A stretch of 64,000 nt of DNA from positions 9,286-73,285 of the forward strand of contig JADGRE010000001.1 in the NCBI GenBank assembly GCA_017881185.1, written 5' to 3'. The DNA comes from Pseudomonadota bacterium (GTDB lineage: Bacteria > Myxococcota_A > Polyangia > Polyangiales > JAFGIB01). The notes beneath the pieces are model-generated. The model was not told the DNA's origin and did no database searches. It saw only the letters and a program-made list of their open reading frames with translations. The number at the start of each line of letters is the position of its first letter. Position 1 is the stretch's first letter. The translations under genes and the position numbers were made by a program. Of this stretch, positions 31,328-41,162 are shown piece by piece.

Positions 31328-31479
31328 CAGTCTACTGTCACAGGCGCGTCAGCCCCCTGCCGGGGCTATTGAATACGCGGGCCAGCATGTACGTCGCTTG
31401 CGCACCCGGCTGGGTTTTCCTATCGTGGACGCCATTCAGATGAGCGCTTGCTCGCAGCGCTCCGGGAGCCCGACCTCGA

Positions 31480-32040
31480 ATGACACGCACACGCAGACGC
31501 ACAGACCTGGGTTTGTTTCTCGTGTTGGCTGCCGCCGTCACCGTGGGCCTGGGCCCCGACGCGGCCCCTGCCGAGGCGGGCGGCCTGAAGGCCACCGTCT
31601 ACCTCACGCAGGCCAAGATCCCGGGCGGCATGTCCGAAAAGACCATGCTGGGTTTCGCCCGCGGCCACACCTCCAAGTTGCTGCAAGAGAGCGACGGCGA
31701 CGTGAAGGCTCGCAAGTGGACCGCGAACCTGGTGGTCAGTTTCAACCGCCCGGTCGACGACATGGAATTCACCGTGCTTTTCTACGATGTGAACGACGGC
31801 CCGCGTCGCTTCATCGAAGACATGAGCACCATGGTCAGTAACCGCAGCGAGAAGACCTTCGTGCAGCGCATCAACCTGCCGCGGCCCACCTTCAAGCCCA
31901 ACCGGCAGATGGAGCTGGTCGTCACGGTGCATCGCGAAGAGGTCGGCAAGCTCAAATTCGGTGTGGTCGGCGAAGAGATCAAGCGCAGCGGTCAAGTGTC
32001 GTTCTCCGACGAAGAGACCGGCGCGCGAAAGAAGAACTGA
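31480..32040 (+). CDS. secreted hypothetical protein
   Basis: N-terminal RTRRRTDLGLFLVLAAAVTV signal-like segment. 186 aa, coding-like composition, no family recognised. Confidence 0.65.
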   Translation: MTRTRRRTDLGLFLVLAAAVTVGLGPDAAPAEAGGLKATVYLTQAKIPGGMSEKTMLGFARGHTSKLLQESDGDVKARKWTANLVVSFNRPVDDMEFTVLFYDVNDGPRRFIEDMSTMVSNRSEKTFVQRINLPRPTFKPNRQMELVVTVHREEVGKLKFGVVGEEIKRSGQVSFSDEETGARKKN

Positions 32041-32126
32041 GCAGCGGTGTGGGTGGGGGTATGACCACCCAGCAAACTCTGTGGTAGCCTCGCGGGCTTC
32101 GGGCGATCTCGGCCTGTGCTCGGCCC

Positions 32127-33020
32127 GTGCAGGAATTCCGCATGAACCACGACAAGCGCCGCATCTCGTTCGAGTTTTTCCCGCCGAAGACCGACGCGGG
32201 CGTGAAGCGCCTGCTGCAGACGGTGCAACAGCTGTCCGTGCTCGCACCCGACTTCGTGTCGGTCACCTTCGGCGCCGGCGGTTCCACGCGCGAGGGCAGC
32301 TATCAGGTCGCCGCGGAGATCGTGCGCACCACGCAGCTCAACGTCACGCCGCATGTGTCTTGCATCGGTTGGTCGGTCTCGGAGCTGCGCGACATGTTGG
32401 CCTGCTACAAGCAGGCGGGCATCGAGTCGATCGTGGCGCTGCGCGGTGACGCACCCGACAACGACGCGAACGCGACCCGCGCTTTCGAACACGCCAACCA
32501 GTTGGTCGAATTCGTGCGTGCCTTCGGCGGCTTCCGCATCTCGGTCGCGTGCTATCCAGAGTTCCACCCCGAAGCACCGAGCCCCTCGGTCGATCTGCAG
32601 AATTTCGTGCGCAAGGTGAACGCCGGCGCCGACGAAGCCATCACGCAGTACTTCTACAACAACGACGCGTATTACAGCTTCGTGGAGCGCGTACGACGCA
32701 TGGGCGTCACGATTCCCATCGTGCCGGGCCTGATGCCGCTCACCGACTACGCACAGGTGGCGCGCTTCTCACGCTTCTGCGGCGCCGAGATCCCGCAGTG
32801 GATCCGCCGGCACATGGAAGACCTCGAGGGCGATCCGCAGGGGCAACACGCGCTCGGCATCGAGATCGCCGTGCGCCAAGCCGAGGAGCTGCTGCGCAAC
32901 GGCGCGCCGGGGCTGCACATGTACACGCTCAACCGCGCCGAACCGACGCTACGCGTGTTCCAGCAGCTGGGACTGGCGCGGTCGCACACCCAGGCGGAGC
33001 AGTACGCCGAGCTCAGCTGA
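32127..33020 (+). CDS. metF: 5,10-methylenetetrahydrofolate reductase
   Basis: ISFEFFPPKT and the rest are typical of MetF. The start could be 32127 or 32142. Confidence 0.9.
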   Translation: MQEFRMNHDKRRISFEFFPPKTDAGVKRLLQTVQQLSVLAPDFVSVTFGAGGSTREGSYQVAAEIVRTTQLNVTPHVSCIGWSVSELRDMLACYKQAGIESIVALRGDAPDNDANATRAFEHANQLVEFVRAFGGFRISVACYPEFHPEAPSPSVDLQNFVRKVNAGADEAITQYFYNNDAYYSFVERVRRMGVTIPIVPGLMPLTDYAQVARFSRFCGAEIPQWIRRHMEDLEGDPQGQHALGIEIAVRQAEELLRNGAPGLHMYTLNRAEPTLRVFQQLGLARSHTQAEQYAELS

Positions 33021-33082
33021 CGCGTTGACGCGCCAGATCATGCCAGCATGCCAACATGCGTGCAGCGTTGCGCGTGCAGCGA

Positions 33083-33484
33083 TCACTTCGGCACGGGCTT
33101 CATGCGGAAGCCCGCTTTGTACTCTTTGCGCCAGGCCTTGTGGCACGCCTTGCACTGAGTCTTGGCGCCGACGGCGTCGCCCTTCTTCGCGAACTCTGCG
33201 CCGTCCTTGCTGATCTTCGACCAGCTGGTAGCTCCGTCGTTCCAGCTCGCCTTGGGCGCCCAACCGGCCACCTTCTCGAACGCAGCAGCCAGCGCCTTGA
33301 GGTCGCCCTTGTCGAGCGGGTCGTCCATGTTCTGCGCCATCCAGCCTTGTAGCGGGCAGTCGGGCAGACCTTTTTCGCCACAGGTCGGACCGTCGGCGCG
33401 AACGCGCGGTGCGCTCCATGCCGCCAGTGCCGACAAACACGCGACGCCCACCAAAACCCGCATCAACACTGCCGAACGCTGCAT
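33083..33484 (-). CDS. class II c-type cytochrome (cytochrome c'-like)
   Basis: Signal peptide MQRSAVLMRVLVGVACLSALAA and a single CKACH heme motif near the C-terminus of a ~130-aa protein. Confidence 0.7.
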   Translation of the reverse strand: MQRSAVLMRVLVGVACLSALAAWSAPRVRADGPTCGEKGLPDCPLQGWMAQNMDDPLDKGDLKALAAAFEKVAGWAPKASWNDGATSWSKISKDGAEFAKKGDAVGAKTQCKACHKAWRKEYKAGFRMKPVPK

Positions 33485-33581
33485 GGTCACCCTCACCTGT
33501 TGCCGGTCCCAATCTCGTGCTGACGCCACTGGCCCACGCGCGATTCAGCTGCGCGCGAACGCTGCCGTCAAGCACACACCT

Positions 33582-34031
33582 TCACTTCACTGCGTTCACC
33601 GACGCGAGCCACGCCAGGATCAACTCCACGTTGGCGGCGCTCAAGCGCTTCTCCGGGAATGGGCGCATCTTGCCCGACCCCTCGCGGATCTGCTGCCGAA
33701 GCCGTGCCGGCGTATGGGGCTTGTCGATGAGGCTCGGGCCGTCGTCCTCGCCACCGTCGGGGTGGCAGTCGCCGCAGAAGTTGTCGAAGACTTCCTTGCC
33801 GTGGGCGACATCGGTCGCTGCGATCGGGCCTTCGTACTGCGCCGTGTCTCCGCCAGAGGTCGCTGCGGTGGCCGGCTCCTCGGCGCCCTTGCTGCTTCCG
33901 CAGGCGATCATGCCGAACGTGAAGCTCAGCAGGCAGATGATTCGGATGGACGTGTGCACGTGTCGCGACCTCCTCGATGCACGGCCAGGCCGCGCGCCCG
34001 AAATAGAACCTGTTTCGCGCAGAGTTTGCAA
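33582..34031 (-). CDS. monoheme c-type cytochrome, probable lipoprotein
   Basis: CGDCH heme motif with a downstream GKMRPFP Met ligand region. A hydrophobic leader ends in IACG. The start is uncertain. Confidence 0.7.
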   Translation of the reverse strand: MQTLRETGSISGARPGRASRRSRHVHTSIRIICLLSFTFGMIACGSSKGAEEPATAATSGGDTAQYEGPIAATDVAHGKEVFDNFCGDCHPDGGEDDGPSLIDKPHTPARLRQQIREGSGKMRPFPEKRLSAANVELILAWLASVNAVK

Positions 34032-34040
34032 TGGATCAAA

Positions 34041-35123
34041 CTACCCGCGCAGCTGGGCCAGTGTGCGCAGGAAGTTGCCGCCCAGAATCTTGCGGATGCG
34101 GTCTGCGCCGAAGCCGCGGTCGAGCATGAGCTGCGCCAGGCGCGGCAGCTGCAGACAGCTGCGCAAGTCATCCGGCGGAACGATCGCGCCGTCGAAGTCG
34201 CTGCCGAGCGAGGCATGGTCTTCGCCGACCGTGCGACAGATGTGCTCGAGGTGGTCGACGATGCTGGCGGCACGGCAGCCGCCCCAGAGGCTGCCATCCA
34301 GGTACAGCGCGTGGAAGATCACGCCGATGGTGCCGCCGGTGTCGGCGACGGCGCGCAGTTGTTCGTCGTCCAGGTTGCGCCAGCTGGGGTGCACGGCGGA
34401 TACGCCCGTGTGGGTGACGATGAGCGGCTGGGTCTTGTCGTGCACGGCCAGCGCATCGAAAAACGCGCGACGACTGATGTGCGCGAGGTCCACGAACACG
34501 CGCGCGGCGTTGAGCTGTTCGATGAATGGCCCACCGCGCTCGCCTAGGCCGGTGTCGGTGCCCAGACGCAGCGGCGAGCTGGTCGCGCCCAAGCTGGAGT
34601 TGGACAGATGCACGAGCGTCACGCGAATCACGCCGCTGTCTTGCAGCAGCGCGCAGGTGCTGTCGTCGGCGTCGAGCGCGTTGCCGCCTTGGATCGCGAG
34701 GAATGCCGCGTGCTTGCCCTGCACGCGCGCCGCGGCATAGTCGGCGGCGCTGCGCACCATGCAGAAGTCGTCGCTCACAGACTCGAAGCTCGCGCGCAGT
34801 GCGGCCGCGTTGTGCGCGAAGGCTGCCGCGCGGGATCGTGCGCTGCGCCACGGCTGCGTGGTGATCGACCACATCGCGCCTGTCAGCTGCGCCTCGCGGG
34901 CGCGCGGGAAGTCGACTTGGCTGTAGAACCGGCCGCCCAGCAGGCCGAGGCCATGCTGTTTGCGCAGGTCGTAACCCAACACGCGTGACCAGATGAAGGA
35001 GTCGACGTGCAGGTCGATCACGTCGCTCGCCAGGTACAGCTCCACCGCCTCGCGCGAGATGCCGAGCGTATGCGCCCAGCCGGCGGGGTCTGCGCGATGG
35101 TCGACGTACGAAAGGCGCGGCAT
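34041..35123 (-). CDS. membrane dipeptidase (peptidase M19 family)
   Basis: VIDLHVDS, VTLVHLSNS and GSDFDG-type motifs. Confidence 0.85.
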   Translation of the reverse strand: MPRLSYVDHRADPAGWAHTLGISREAVELYLASDVIDLHVDSFIWSRVLGYDLRKQHGLGLLGGRFYSQVDFPRAREAQLTGAMWSITTQPWRSARSRAAAFAHNAAALRASFESVSDDFCMVRSAADYAAARVQGKHAAFLAIQGGNALDADDSTCALLQDSGVIRVTLVHLSNSSLGATSSPLRLGTDTGLGERGGPFIEQLNAARVFVDLAHISRRAFFDALAVHDKTQPLIVTHTGVSAVHPSWRNLDDEQLRAVADTGGTIGVIFHALYLDGSLWGGCRAASIVDHLEHICRTVGEDHASLGSDFDGAIVPPDDLRSCLQLPRLAQLMLDRGFGADRIRKILGGNFLRTLAQLRG

Positions 35124-35316
35124 TCGACTGGGAGGATGCTAGGCGAAATACGCGGCGCGCGCGACCGCGCTGCGTGCCCGAACGCCGCCAAACGCGCGCA
35201 AGCGCAACTGAATCCGGCGCGGCGAGCGGCCCTCCCCTTGCCGGAGCCAATACGCCCGCCTATAAACCGCACTGAGCTTTCTCAGCGTCAGACGTTCACC
35301 CCACAGGACGATCCCG

Positions 35317-35946
35317 ATGACGACTTTTCACAAGTATTTGGTTTCGCTCGGTATCTGTGTTGCAGCCTGTCTTGCAGTCTGTGTTGCAGCCAGCGGCGGC
35401 TGCGCCAGCAACCCGCACGCGGTGCGCGGCGACGACAAGCCCGGGCTCGACTACGAGGCCATGGGCACCGGTCTCGACCGCCGGGACCTGCAGAAGATGC
35501 TGAACGAGAACATGGAGACCATGCGCCGCTCGGCCGTGGTGCAGCGCTGGATGGCCGAGAACCGCCCGTCGGTGTCGGTGCTGCCGATCCGCAACGAGAC
35601 CTCGGAGCACATCGACAGCGCGCTGCAGGCGTTGATAAGCGACGTCGAGACCAAGCTGATCGAGTGGGGCGCCGTGAAGGTAGTCAGCCTCGAGAACCAG
35701 CAGGAGATGCTGAACGAGATTCGCCGGCAATACACCGAAGGCTTCGACCAGGCGCAGATCGCGCACTGGGGTAAGCAGATCGGCTCGCGCTACTTCGTCA
35801 CGGGCAAGGTCTACACCACCGACGAGCGCGTGGGCGACCAGCGCCGCGTGCAGTACTACATGTTCATGCAGGTGCTGAGCGTGGAGACCGGCGAGATTCT
35901 GTTCCAGAACAAGAGCTCGACCACCAAAGCCATCATCCGCGACTGA
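35317..35946 (+). CDS. LpoB-like (COG3417-type) lipoprotein
   Basis: Lipobox AASGGC. VSVLPIRNETSEHID...GSRYFVTGKVY...YYMFMQVLSVETGEILF matches the LpoB-type C-terminal domain pattern. Confidence 0.7.
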   Translation: MTTFHKYLVSLGICVAACLAVCVAASGGCASNPHAVRGDDKPGLDYEAMGTGLDRRDLQKMLNENMETMRRSAVVQRWMAENRPSVSVLPIRNETSEHIDSALQALISDVETKLIEWGAVKVVSLENQQEMLNEIRRQYTEGFDQAQIAHWGKQIGSRYFVTGKVYTTDERVGDQRRVQYYMFMQVLSVETGEILFQNKSSTTKAIIRD

Positions 35947-35947
35947 C

Positions 35948-37288
35948 GTGCGAGCTCCGCTCCAGCTCGGCCCCACGCTGCTGACGCTCGCGGTGCTCGC
36001 AAGCGCCGCGGGCTGTGCCGGTTATTCCGACCGAACGCAGGCCGCGCGCACCGCGCTCGACGAAGCACGCCCGCGCGCGGCGGCAGCGCTCTACAACAAG
36101 GCGCTAGAGGTCGACTCCGACAAGGATCTGCCCACGGATCTGAAGGGTGAGAAGACCCTGTTCGTGCTCGACCGCTCGACCATCTTGCAGTCCCTGGACG
36201 AGTACGAGCTGTCGAGCCGCGACCTCGAGGTGTGCGACAAGCAGATCGAGGTGCTGGATTTCTCGCGCGGGACGCTCGACGACATCTCCAAGTACATGTT
36301 CTCGGACGACTCGGGCCCATACCAGGCGCCCGCGTACGAGAAGCTGATGGTGAACACGCTCAACATGGTGAACTACCTCGTGCGTGGCGACCTGAATGGC
36401 GCGCGCATCGAGGCGCGCCGGCTGGCGGTGCTGCAGCAGTTCATCTCGGAGCACGACGGCCAGGGCAAGTCGCTGTCGGGGCCGGGCGACTACCTCGCGG
36501 GCTTCACCTTCGAGAAGAGCCGTTCACCCGGCGAAGCGCTGCGCTACTACGACGAGGCGCTGCAGTACGGGCAGTACACCACGCTGAACGATGCCGTGCG
36601 CCGGCTCGCGCGCCTCGACTCGTACCGCACGCCGCGGCTGACGCAGATCATCGAGGGCAGCCCACCGCCCCAGGACGATGGCTTGGCCGACGTGCTCGTC
36701 GTGGTGAGCTACGGCCGCGTGCCGGCCAAGATCGCCCGACGCATCCCGATCGGACTCGCGCTCACCTACGCCAGCGGTTTCATCAGCCCGTACAACCAGG
36801 CGCGCGCCAACCAACTGGCGTTGCAGGGTCTCGTCAGCTGGGTGAACTATCCGGAGCTCGGCGAACCCCACGGGACCTACGACGTGCCGGAGTTCTCGAT
36901 GGACAGCCGACCGGTCGCGCTCGAAGGCATGTTGGCCGTTGACAGCGAGGCCAAACGCGCGTGGCAGCAGACCCACGGCAAGATCATCGCGTCGGCGATC
37001 ACCCGTATGATCACACGCGTCGTAGCTGGCGAGGTGACGCGACGTGCCACCGGCGGCGGCATTCTCGGATTGCTGCTGGGCCTGGGCACCCAGGCCACGC
37101 TGACGGCCACTGACACGCCCGACACTCGCTCGTGGGGCACCCTGCCGGCGCGCATCGCGTTCGGGCGCATGCGGGTGCCGCCAGGTCAGCACACGGTCCA
37201 GCTCTCGGCCCGCGGCACGGTCAAGCGGCAGACGCTGAAGCTCGAAAAAAACGGATTTGCAGTCGTAAATCTCACGGTGCTGCGCTGA
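35948..37288 (+). CDS. lipoprotein of unknown function (COG3014-like), partner of LpoB-like gene
   Basis: Lipobox ASAAGC. GTG start 2 nt after the LpoB-like stop. 446 aa. Confidence 0.7.
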   Translation: MRAPLQLGPTLLTLAVLASAAGCAGYSDRTQAARTALDEARPRAAAALYNKALEVDSDKDLPTDLKGEKTLFVLDRSTILQSLDEYELSSRDLEVCDKQIEVLDFSRGTLDDISKYMFSDDSGPYQAPAYEKLMVNTLNMVNYLVRGDLNGARIEARRLAVLQQFISEHDGQGKSLSGPGDYLAGFTFEKSRSPGEALRYYDEALQYGQYTTLNDAVRRLARLDSYRTPRLTQIIEGSPPPQDDGLADVLVVVSYGRVPAKIARRIPIGLALTYASGFISPYNQARANQLALQGLVSWVNYPELGEPHGTYDVPEFSMDSRPVALEGMLAVDSEAKRAWQQTHGKIIASAITRMITRVVAGEVTRRATGGGILGLLLGLGTQATLTATDTPDTRSWGTLPARIAFGRMRVPPGQHTVQLSARGTVKRQTLKLEKNGFAVVNLTVLR

Positions 37289-37382
37289 GACGGCCGGCTG
37301 CCAGCCAACTGCGGTCGCAGAGTGGTTGCGGTTGCCCGATGTAGGACTCTTGTGGAATGCTGCGCCGCCGTCGGGCACAACC

Positions 37383-38222
37383 ATGCGCAGGCGCTTCTTC
37401 GGTCAGTTCTTATTGTCCAAGGGGCTCCTCACCCCGCCGCAGCTGCTGGCGGCCGTGGAGTACCAGGACAAGTTCAATTCGCGGCTCGGCGAGCTGGCGG
37501 TGGCGCTGGGCATGGTGACGCCGTTCGAGGCGCAGCAGATCAACGCCAAGCAAGTGCGTGAAGACCAGCTGTTCGGCCAAGCGGCCGTCGAGCTCGGCTT
37601 GCTGCGCGACGAGCAGGTCAGCGACATTCTGGCCACACAGCGCGACGGGCACGTGTTGCTCGGTCAGGCCATCGTCACACTGGGCTACGTGGACAGCGCT
37701 GCGATCGACAGCGCGCTTGCGGAGTTCCTCGCGGCGGCGCAGGCAGAGCCCGACGGCATCCAACTGCCAGAGAACGTGTCCGATCGCGAGATTGCGTGCG
37801 CGCTCTTCGAGCTGGCGCAGAAGCAGCTCTTGCGCGCCTGGGACTTGGCCAGCAAGCCCGGACCCGGCCGCGTGGAGTCCATGCGGTTGACGCTGTCCGA
37901 TCGCAACGCGCGCGTGGAGCTCGACGGGCAGTTGCAGCTTACGGTCATGCTCGGCGTGCCGAACGAGGTCACTCGCAAGGTCGCGAGCAAGGCCACGGGC
38001 GGAGCCGACCCGACCGACAGCGATCAAGACAACGTGGTGCTGGAGTTCGCGCAGCTGCTGGGCGAGAACCTCGCCTCCACGCTGGCCGAGCGCGGACAGA
38101 AGGTGCACGTCTCGCACGTCACGCTGCAGGGCGCGCGCGCCACGTTGCCGCCCGACGTGCACGTGACCGTATTGCCGTACTTGACCCACGAAGGACAAGT
38201 GCTGGTCGGCTTCAGGCGCTGA
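37383..38222 (+). CDS. protein with four tandem MshEN-like 24-residue motifs plus unassigned C-terminal domain
   Basis: ATG 37383 (MRRRFFGQ). There is a 29-residue periodicity over residues 5-115 (see findings). Confidence 0.7.
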   Translation: MRRRFFGQFLLSKGLLTPPQLLAAVEYQDKFNSRLGELAVALGMVTPFEAQQINAKQVREDQLFGQAAVELGLLRDEQVSDILATQRDGHVLLGQAIVTLGYVDSAAIDSALAEFLAAAQAEPDGIQLPENVSDREIACALFELAQKQLLRAWDLASKPGPGRVESMRLTLSDRNARVELDGQLQLTVMLGVPNEVTRKVASKATGGADPTDSDQDNVVLEFAQLLGENLASTLAERGQKVHVSHVTLQGARATLPPDVHVTVLPYLTHEGQVLVGFRR

Positions 38223-38280
38223 CACGCGCCGAAAAGACCGCGCGAGCGAGACCCCCGCGCCAACGAGAAACACAACGATC

Positions 38281-39729
38281 ATGGGCAAGCCCATCACCAC
38301 GCCCCCCAAGGGTTCGCGCGACTTTCTGCCGCGCGACGTGCGCCAACGCACATACGTCACCGACATCATCCGTGGCGTGTTCCAGGCCCACGGCTTCGCG
38401 CCACTCGAGACACCGGCCTTCGAACGGCTCGATACGCTCCTGGGCAAGTACGGCGAGGAAGGCGACCAGCTGCTGTTCAAGATCCTGGTGCGCGGGGAGC
38501 CGCTGGTGGCGGCCGTGCGCCAAGCGCACGCATACCTCGCGCAGCCAGGGGCGCTGGTGCAGGGGCGCAGCGGTGAAACCGCGCCGGGTGCAGAACCCAT
38601 GCTCGCGGACCTCGGGCTGCGCTACGACCTGACGGTACCGCTCGCGCGCGTGGTCGCCGCGCACCAGGGCAAGCTGCCGAGCGTATTCAAACGCTATCAG
38701 ATTCAGCCGGTGTGGCGGGCGGATACGCCGGGGCGCGGGCGCTTCCGCGAATTCTACCAGTGCGACGTCGACATCGTCGGTGCCACGTCGAAGGTGGTCG
38801 AGGCCGAGGTGGCGGGCGCTGCAGCGGAATGTCTCGAGCGTCTGGGCTTCAGCGACTTCAAGCTGCGCATCAACCACCGTGGTCTCTTGCGCGCCATCGT
38901 GGAGCACTGCGGTATCGCGGCCAGCAGCGAGGCCGACGCCATCGTCGCGGTCGACAAGCTCGACAAGATCGGCGTGGAGGGCGTGGAGCGGGAGCTACAG
39001 GCGCGCGGCATCGCGGCCGAGGCGGCCAGGCGTTTGTTGAGCATCATGGGCGAAGCGAAATCGCTCGCCGCCGTGAAAGCCGCACTGGCAGGCAGCGAAC
39101 GAGCGCAGGCCGCGATTGCAGAGCTCGAAAGCGTGCTCGACTTCGCCAGCGTCACCGCTGCGCACGCCCATCTCAGCTTCGACGTCACCCTGGCGCGCGG
39201 GCTCGGTTACTACACCGGCTGCATCTTCGAGGTGGCCGTGGCCGATCTCGCAGGCTCGCTCGGCGGTGGCGGCCGCTACGATGGCCTGGTCGGCATGTTC
39301 CTCGGCAAAGACGTGCCGGCATGCGGCTTCTCGCTGGGTCTCGAGCGCATCTTGGTCGTGATGGAAGAGCGCAAGATGTACCCGCCGGATCTCGAGCGCG
39401 TGGACGCGGTGATCGCACCGGTCGAAGAGCACGACATGAAGGCGGCTCTGGCGTTTGCGGAGCAGCTGCGGCGGGCGGTTGGGGAGGTGGCCGGCGGCAA
39501 CGCAGCGTTGTCCGTCGATCTGCTGCCCAAGGGCACGCAGCCCGGCAAGCTGCGCAAGCATGCCGACGAACATGGCATCGCCGCGGCGCTGTGGCTCGAG
39601 CCCGGTGCGATCGATCGCGCGAGCCTGTGGACCAAGCACGACGGCGTCACCCGCAAGGACCTCAGCGTGAACGACGCTGCCGAAGCGCTACGTGAGCAGC
39701 GACGCCTCACCAAGCAGAGCGCGCAATGA
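38281..39729 (+). CDS. hisS: histidine--tRNA ligase
   Basis: PKGSRDFLP..., class II motifs (FRYERPQ-like FREFYQCD, GGGRYDGL) and a C-terminal anticodon-binding region. Confidence 0.95.
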   Translation: MGKPITTPPKGSRDFLPRDVRQRTYVTDIIRGVFQAHGFAPLETPAFERLDTLLGKYGEEGDQLLFKILVRGEPLVAAVRQAHAYLAQPGALVQGRSGETAPGAEPMLADLGLRYDLTVPLARVVAAHQGKLPSVFKRYQIQPVWRADTPGRGRFREFYQCDVDIVGATSKVVEAEVAGAAAECLERLGFSDFKLRINHRGLLRAIVEHCGIAASSEADAIVAVDKLDKIGVEGVERELQARGIAAEAARRLLSIMGEAKSLAAVKAALAGSERAQAAIAELESVLDFASVTAAHAHLSFDVTLARGLGYYTGCIFEVAVADLAGSLGGGGRYDGLVGMFLGKDVPACGFSLGLERILVVMEERKMYPPDLERVDAVIAPVEEHDMKAALAFAEQLRRAVGEVAGGNAALSVDLLPKGTQPGKLRKHADEHGIAAALWLEPGAIDRASLWTKHDGVTRKDLSVNDAAEALREQRRLTKQSAQ

Positions 39730-41030
39730 CCGGCCCCGCCCCCATCGCCTCGTTCCTAGACGAGCTGCGCTGGCGCAAGCTGCTGCACCAGACCACCGCA
39801 GCCGAACCGCTCGAGCGTCACCTGCAAAGCTCGGGTCGGGTCGGATACTGCGGCTTCGATCCCACGCGCGACAGCCTGACCATCGGCAATTTCGTGCCCA
39901 TCATGCTGCTCAAACACTGGCAGCGCGCGGGCCACAAGCCGGTGATCTTGATGGGCGGCGGCACGGGACTGATCGGCGATCCATCGGGCAAGGACCAGGA
40001 GCGCACGCTGCTCGGCAAGGACGAGATCCGCGCCAACGTCGAGGGCCAAAAGCGCATCATGGAGCGCTTGATCGACATGGATCCGCGGCACGACAACGCA
40101 GCCGTGATCGTCGACAACGCCGACTGGCTCGGGCCACTCGGCTACATCGAAGTGCTGCGCGACGTGGGCAAGCACTTCTCGATCAACGCCATGATTCAGC
40201 GCGACTCGGTGCGCGAACGACTGCACCACCGCGAGCAGGGCATCTCGTACACCGAGTTCAGCTACATGCTGCTGCAGGCCTACGACTTCCTGCATCTCAA
40301 GCGCAGCATGGGCTGCAGCGTGCAGATCGCTGGCTCGGACCAGTACGGCAACATCGTCTCGGGCATCGATCTCATCCATCGCATGTTGGGGCACGAGGAA
40401 AGCGCGTTCGGCATCACGGCGCCGCTGCTCACGCGCGCCGACGGCAAGAAGATCGGCAAGACCGAGCAAGGGGCCATCTGGTTGTCGGCCGACCGCACCA
40501 GCCCGTACGCGTTCTACCAGTACTGGATCAACGTCGAGGACGACGACGTCGTGTCATTCCTGCGGTGGTTCACCTTCCTGCCGGACGAGCGCGTCGCGGA
40601 GCTGGAGCAGAAGCATGCGCAGGCGCCACACCTGCGAGAAGCGCAGCGCGAGCTGGCACGACAGCTGACTCGCGCGATCCACGGGGAGAGCGAGCTCACG
40701 AAGGTCGAAGCAGCGGCGCAGGCGCTGTTCGGCGGTGATGTACGAGGGCTCGCGGAAGATATGCTGCGCGACGTGTTCGCCGACGTGCCGCACACCCAAC
40801 ACGAGCGTGCATTGCTGGAGAGCGAAGGCGCGGCCCTGGTCGATCTTTTACCGAGCACTTCGCTCGCCAGCAGCAAGCGCGAAGCGCGCCAGTTCCTGGA
40901 GTCGGGCGCAGTGCTCGTGAACGGCGAGAAGGTCGACGTCGCGCGGCGGCTGACGGCGGCTGATTTGCTGCACGGCCACACGATCTTGCTGCGGCGCGGC
41001 AAGAAGCTCTGGCACGCCACTCGCTGGTAG
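39726..41030 (+). CDS. tyrS: tyrosine--tRNA ligase
   Basis: YCGFDPTRDSLTIGN (HIGH-region equivalent), KIGKTE (KMSKS-like) and a C-terminal S4 domain. ATGA overlap with hisS. Confidence 0.95.
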   Translation: MTGPAPIASFLDELRWRKLLHQTTAAEPLERHLQSSGRVGYCGFDPTRDSLTIGNFVPIMLLKHWQRAGHKPVILMGGGTGLIGDPSGKDQERTLLGKDEIRANVEGQKRIMERLIDMDPRHDNAAVIVDNADWLGPLGYIEVLRDVGKHFSINAMIQRDSVRERLHHREQGISYTEFSYMLLQAYDFLHLKRSMGCSVQIAGSDQYGNIVSGIDLIHRMLGHEESAFGITAPLLTRADGKKIGKTEQGAIWLSADRTSPYAFYQYWINVEDDDVVSFLRWFTFLPDERVAELEQKHAQAPHLREAQRELARQLTRAIHGESELTKVEAAAQALFGGDVRGLAEDMLRDVFADVPHTQHERALLESEGAALVDLLPSTSLASSKREARQFLESGAVLVNGEKVDVARRLTAADLLHGHTILLRRGKKLWHATRW

Positions 41031-41162
41031 GCTTGGCACCGCGGCAGACCGCAACCTCGAGTGCGGGCGCCGGTTGTTGTGTAGGCTTGACCGGTGATCG
41101 GGCTCGGAGGCCAAATCGGAGCTGGCGCTCTCGCCTCGGGAAGGCGCGCGCGTGCGGGCCAC

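Noticed and set aside
31480-31530. Twin-arginine (Tat) signal in the 186-aa secreted protein (TRRRTDLGLF)
   Set aside because: An RR pair is present, but the residues after it do not fit the S/T-R-R-x-F-L-K consensus well. It is left as a generic signal peptide.
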